A program made the position numbers and the translations under genes. Positions 60,046 to 64,000 of a DNA stretch of 64,000 nt are shown piece after piece; the stretch's first letter is position 1; each line of letters starts with the position of its first letter. The notes below the pieces were generated by a model. That model saw nothing but the letters and a program-made list of their open reading frames with translations. It searched no databases and was not told the DNA's origin. This DNA is from an uncultured Bacilli bacterium (GTDB lineage: Bacteria > Bacillota_I > Bacilli_A > RF39 > UBA660): positions 13,717-77,716 of the forward strand of contig CAKOOJ010000001.1 of the NCBI GenBank assembly GCA_934098385.1. The letters are read 5' to 3'.

Positions 60046-61176
60046 TCACATTATCTTATTTATTTTATCTTTACTTATAGAATTTACGATATTATTTAAA
60101 AATTCATTATTAGATATTACTAAATTACTTATGTCTATCACTATATCATCTCCAACATCTTCTATATTATATAAATTTATATTTTCAAATATAGGATAAT
60201 TAATATCTATATTATAGTGATACTTAATTCTTTCTATTAAATAATATAACTTTTGAGTTAAATTATATTGTATTTTTGTAACATCAAAATCACTACCTAT
60301 TTTTTCAAAATATCTATCAGGCATAAATGTTATAAATCTTATTAAATTAATACCATTATTTTTTAATATATTTAAAAATATACTTAATGCAAGTACGAAA
60401 CTAGGTGTTGGAGATAGTATATTTTCTTCATTATCATAATCCCTACTATCAGATACATTTTTATTTATTTTATATAATTTTCTTTTAATATACTTGGTGT
60501 ATTCATTATCAATATTTTTATTTTTATTTTGAATAGAATATATATAACAAACATTATCTTTAATAGCATAATTTATTGAAGGTAAATTATATTTATTGTC
60601 TTCTTTATTAAGTGATATATTAAATATCTTCGTTGTTTCATATCCAAAATCATCTTTATTACTTTCTAGTATTATTTTACTATTATTTAAACATTCAATT
60701 TCGTTACTTATTAAATAATAATTATCTAAAGTTTTATCTTCTAAAAATGCAATTACTTTATATAAATATTCTATAGGTTTTTCATAATCTATATAACGTG
60801 CATTAGATAATATAGTTAGTAAAACATTTTTTATACATGTATATTCTCCATATTTTTTTATAAATTTATCAAAATTATATATTTCATTATATTTATAACA
60901 TATATAATTGATTAGTTTTATAAATAAATTTATATTATTCACTTTTAAAGTAGGTATATAATTTAAACTACCATTAGAATCTTCATACTCATACTCTTCA
61001 TTATAAGAATTATCATTACCAATATATTTTTCATCTATAGTATCTTTATATATTTTATTATTTTCATAATAATTAAATCTTACATAATATATTTCATCTA
61101 TATTAACGGTATTACCATATTTAGCATCTTCAACAATATCATAAAACACTTTTTTTACTAATTCTTCATTAAACAT
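60046..61176 (-). CDS. Hypothetical protein.
   Basis: 376-aa ORF between the pilin-like gene and topA. No motif recognised. Confidence 0.45.
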   Translation of the reverse strand: MFNEELVKKVFYDIVEDAKYGNTVNIDEIYYVRFNYYENNKIYKDTIDEKYIGNDNSYNEEYEYEDSNGSLNYIPTLKVNNINLFIKLINYICYKYNEIYNFDKFIKKYGEYTCIKNVLLTILSNARYIDYEKPIEYLYKVIAFLEDKTLDNYYLISNEIECLNNSKIILESNKDDFGYETTKIFNISLNKEDNKYNLPSINYAIKDNVCYIYSIQNKNKNIDNEYTKYIKRKLYKINKNVSDSRDYDNEENILSPTPSFVLALSIFLNILKNNGINLIRFITFMPDRYFEKIGSDFDVTKIQYNLTQKLYYLIERIKYHYNIDINYPIFENINLYNIEDVGDDIVIDISNLVISNNEFLNNIVNSISKDKINKIM

Positions 61177-61215
61177 AATTTATAAGTTATCCTTTCAATT
61201 TTATTAGTTTAATTT

Positions 61216-62562
61216 TTAACTTGTTTTAATAACGTATGGATTACTCGAAGTACCATTTCCTCTATCAACCATAATATTTGATTTTAAATTTATAACTGGC
61301 ATAACCCATTCTGTAACGCCCCTATCACTATATGTCATCCAAAGCCTGCCAGAAGTAACCCTGTAAACGTATGTTTGTATAATGTTGTATGTTGTATTCT
61401 TAGAATAAGTCTTAGGTGACATTGTCCAATAATCAGAATAATATAAATAATAATTCGTATTATTTTTTGTTGTACTTCCTCCAGCAAACACAACTTCATC
61501 CGCGTTTATTAGTCCAACCTTCAATTTTAAAGTAGAATTTTCACTACATTTAAATGTTGGCGTTATTGCGGATTTATTATTTAATCTTTGTTCTGCTCCA
61601 AATGAATAATAGAATTCAAAAGTATCACTTGCTGTGGTATGATTAACAGTATCATCAATATAATTTATATCATTACAATATGTTGTTTCTTGTACATAAT
61701 CATCATAATTCGTTTTAATATTATTATTATACCAACTATCAACAGTTTGTTTTATATTACTTGGATTATCTTTAGTAAGTGCAATTGAAGCATCATTTGA
61801 TGTCTTATCACCATACATATAAGATACAGAAGCCAACGCATCATCAAAAGTGTTATAAGCTTTTTTTCCAATATTACCATTTAAAATCATTCTTATACTT
61901 CCATCACCATTAATTCTAACTATTCTCCAAGTTTGACCTGCAAAGGATACATAATTGTATGATTGTTTTCCTCTAAAATAATAAGTGAATCCATCATTAT
62001 CTTTAGCCAAATACAAACCTTTTTCTTCTGTTTCGATATCACCATAATCAACATTTACTCCATAGTTTTTCTTTATCTTATCATTGTTTAATATTTTATT
62101 AGAAAGTGTATCATTTTCTTTATTTGACTCATCATTAGAATTATTAAATTTAATATCAACATAAATTTTACCAGCATCAACACTTCCAATAATCTTTATA
62201 TTATTATCATTGTATACATTTTCATCATTCAAATCATTGCCTTCAATATATTTGTCTTTAAGTTTTGAAAATGGTATATCCTTTCCATTTTTGTACATAT
62301 TTTTTAAACTTGAGCAATCTGTAAAATTTGTATTTGAAACATTATTTAATTCTTTATAATCTTCTAAATCATCATCACAATTTTCAATCTCAGTTAACAA
62401 TACCTTAGCGCCCTCTTCTATCGCTTTCTTATTTTGTTCAGTTATAGCTTTTTTAGTATTATCAAAAGCACCAAAACCCTTAGTAGCAGTTATAGTTATT
62501 ACTAAACTCAATACAACTATTACTGCAAGTATTTCAACCAATGTAAATCCCTTTTTATTCAT
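61216..62562 (-). CDS. Large prepilin-type protein (448 aa) with a globular C-terminal domain.
   Basis: MNKKG|FTLVEILAVIVVLSLV is a canonical class III signal with Glu+5. The start ATG 62562 overlaps the queH stop (ATGAATAA). The C-terminus reads ...DYWTMSP...VMPVINLKSNIMVDRGNGTSSNPYVI. Confidence 0.75.
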   Translation of the reverse strand: MNKKGFTLVEILAVIVVLSLVITITATKGFGAFDNTKKAITEQNKKAIEEGAKVLLTEIENCDDDLEDYKELNNVSNTNFTDCSSLKNMYKNGKDIPFSKLKDKYIEGNDLNDENVYNDNNIKIIGSVDAGKIYVDIKFNNSNDESNKENDTLSNKILNNDKIKKNYGVNVDYGDIETEEKGLYLAKDNDGFTYYFRGKQSYNYVSFAGQTWRIVRINGDGSIRMILNGNIGKKAYNTFDDALASVSYMYGDKTSNDASIALTKDNPSNIKQTVDSWYNNNIKTNYDDYVQETTYCNDINYIDDTVNHTTASDTFEFYYSFGAEQRLNNKSAITPTFKCSENSTLKLKVGLINADEVVFAGGSTTKNNTNYYLYYSDYWTMSPKTYSKNTTYNIIQTYVYRVTSGRLWMTYSDRGVTEWVMPVINLKSNIMVDRGNGTSSNPYVIKTS

Positions 62563-63148
62563 TATTATCACTCTTTCTAGAATAAATACAACCACAATAA
62601 TTTTGCCTATATAAATTATATTTATTAGATAATTCAATTGATTTTTTATATCCATTTTGCTTTTTAAAATCACTAGGTAAGTATTTAACATTATAAATTT
62701 TTTCTAGCTCATATCCTATTTCATTAATTACATTACTTAATTTATAAGGGCTAACAGTTAAAGTAGTTCCAAAATAATCAAAATTCATTTCTTTTGCTTT
62801 CTTACAAACATACTCTAACCTTAATCTATAACATTTATGACAACGTATGCCTCTCTCAGGAACACTCTCTAATCCTTTTGCCATTTCATGAAATAAATTA
62901 TTATCATTATCACATTCTAAATAATCTAAATTATACATTTCAATTATTCTAATCTGTTCTTTTTTTCTCTTCTCATATTCTTCTATAGGTTCTATATTAG
63001 GATTATAATATATTATAGTAATATCAAAATAATCTTTTAATCTTTCTATACAAGTAGTAGAACATGGAGCACAACAAGAATGCAATAATAATTTTGGTTT
63101 ATCTTTTAATTCACTTATTATTTTATTCATTTCTACATCATAATTCAT
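62555..63148 (-). CDS. queH: Epoxyqueuosine reductase QueH (DUF208).
   Basis: LLLHSCCAPCS and C-terminal YCGCIYS Cys motifs. Confidence 0.9.
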   Translation of the reverse strand: MNYDVEMNKIISELKDKPKLLLHSCCAPCSTTCIERLKDYFDITIIYYNPNIEPIEEYEKRKKEQIRIIEMYNLDYLECDNDNNLFHEMAKGLESVPERGIRCHKCYRLRLEYVCKKAKEMNFDYFGTTLTVSPYKLSNVINEIGYELEKIYNVKYLPSDFKKQNGYKKSIELSNKYNLYRQNYCGCIYSRKSDNNE

Positions 63149-63151
63149 AAA

Positions 63152-63862
63152 CTAACCCTCGTATGGTATAAATACTAAATTATCTAATTTATTAGAATCT
63201 AAATTTATTGTACCCTTCTTATCATTTAAAGAAGCATAAATATCATTATATTTATTAAGCACACTAACAGATTTAGAATTAGCAACTACAGTATTACCAT
63301 CATTCATAACTATCTTAAATCTATCCTTAGAAATAATACTACCATCAGTACTAGTCTGAGGATAATATTCTACATTATTAATTTCATATATAATATTATC
63401 ATTTAACTTACTATAACTTGATATAAAACTATTATATACATCTTTATCTATTTCATTAACTAGTATAGGTATACCAACTATATCATACTTATTATCAATT
63501 ATGTTACCATTACTTAAAACTATTTTATTAATATCTTTATAATAAAATAATACTTTATTTTCTTTAATATTTATTATAACTTTATGTCCAAACCATTTTT
63601 TTACTTTAACACTATCTATAAGTTCTATATTTTTTATTTTCTTTTCTATTGTATTAGAAGTATATTTCATAATAGATGGATAATCTTTTAAATTAGATAC
63701 TTTTAATATCTCACTATCACTTACTATATTATTACCATTTATTTCATAATGTTTTATTGGAGTATTAATTAAATCATATAAAAAGAAACATATAATATAT
63801 AAGAATAATATAAATACTAAAGTTCTTTTCTTATTTAATCTTTTCTTTTTTTTCTTTTTCAT
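63152..63862 (-). CDS. divIB: Cell division protein DivIB/FtsQ (POTRA).
   Basis: Basic N-terminus, one TM segment, then a POTRA-like region I.HYEINGNNIVSDSEILKVSNL...I.SVKVKKWFGHKVIINIKE. Confidence 0.7.
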   Translation of the reverse strand: MKKKKKKRLNKKRTLVFILFLYIICFFLYDLINTPIKHYEINGNNIVSDSEILKVSNLKDYPSIMKYTSNTIEKKIKNIELIDSVKVKKWFGHKVIINIKENKVLFYYKDINKIVLSNGNIIDNKYDIVGIPILVNEIDKDVYNSFISSYSKLNDNIIYEINNVEYYPQTSTDGSIISKDRFKIVMNDGNTVVANSKSVSVLNKYNDIYASLNDKKGTINLDSNKLDNLVFIPYEG

Positions 63863-63869
63863 ATAATCC

Positions 63870-64000
63870 CTACTTTATTATATCTTTTATTATATCATAT
63901 ATTCTAGTGCTACTATTTTTTATATATAAACTATCCATATTATTTTTTAATTTACTACTAAATTCTATATCTAAACATTTATCTATACTAGTACTTAATA
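63870..64000 (-). CDS. 3' end of an upstream gene; its 5' part lies beyond the window. Position suggests a dcw-cluster gene such as murG, but this is unverified.
   Basis: Open minus-strand frame ending ...NSSTRIYDIIKDIIK, with stop TAG at 63872-63870. Confidence 0.35.
   Translation of the reverse strand, partial: LSTSIDKCLDIEFSSKLKNNMDSLYIKNSSTRIYDIIKDIIK

Noticed and set aside
62563-62691. The 43-codon N-terminal extension of the pilin-like ORF, which overlaps queH.
   Set aside because: A class III signal must sit at the extreme N-terminus. MNKKGFTLVE starts at 62562, exactly overlapping the queH stop. The extension would lie inside queH coding sequence in another frame.
63841-63862. A homopolymeric A/T run at the divIB 5' end (MKKKKKKRL) as a phase-variation tract.
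   Set aside because: Lys-rich N-termini encoded by interrupted A-runs are common in this AT-rich genome (ftsK has one too). The tract is interrupted by G residues, and divIB is an unlikely phase-variable gene.
1-64000. An alternative genetic code (TGA = Trp, Mollicutes-like), considered because of the extreme AT richness.
   Set aside because: TGA terminates several well-delimited genes (for example at 25474, 29663 and 14135). Conserved Trp positions checked in rpoC are TGG. Long conserved proteins such as RpoB, RpoC and PolC are intact under the standard code. Peptidoglycan and sporulation genes are also present.

Overview
The window is very AT-rich (judged by eye, not computed) and looks like a chromosomal segment of a low-GC, PolC-type, spore-forming Bacillota (Firmicutes). 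It uses the standard code: TGA ends several ORFs, and conserved Trp residues are TGG. About 50 of roughly 56 genes lie on the minus strand, as expected for leading-strand co-orientation.

Most of the content is housekeeping. It includes recD2, sepF-divIVA, rpoB-rpoC with the ybxB-like methyltransferase, ltaS, ftsK, miaA and a ylbL-like protease with ylbJ. It also includes queA, phosphoketolase, tsaB-rimI-tsaD, mscL, murB, prs, spoIIP, polC, topA, queH, divIB and two single tRNA genes (Ser-GCU, Trp-CCA).

Several cell-surface or accessory loci sit between these blocks:
- An adhesin, sortase and membrane-protein operon lies directly after rpoC and has a non-canonical sorting signal.
- An Rpn/YhgA-like PD-(D/E)XK nuclease gene carries a GC-rich 21-nt (heptad) tandem array.
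- A 738-aa protein has a SipW/TasA-type signal and an internally duplicated module of about 230-240 aa.
- A prsA-like foldase gene precedes a 616-aa membrane-anchored protein with perfect 66-nt and 111-nt tandem repeats. An orphan, translationally coupled three-gene pseudopilin operon follows it.
- A 448-aa pilin-like protein is translationally coupled to queH.
- A PlsC-like / AMP-ligase / PlsC-like trio sits between murB and mscL.
- A membrane XRE regulator has a tandem 21-nt operator-like repeat and lies next to a truncated Fic gene.
- A G-depleted non-coding stretch of about 480 bp sits in front of an orphan mraZ-like gene.

I saw no CRISPR array, transposase, integrase, reverse transcriptase or prophage. 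All calls come from hand translation and remembered family motifs. No searches were run, and hairpin and repeat coordinates were counted by hand.
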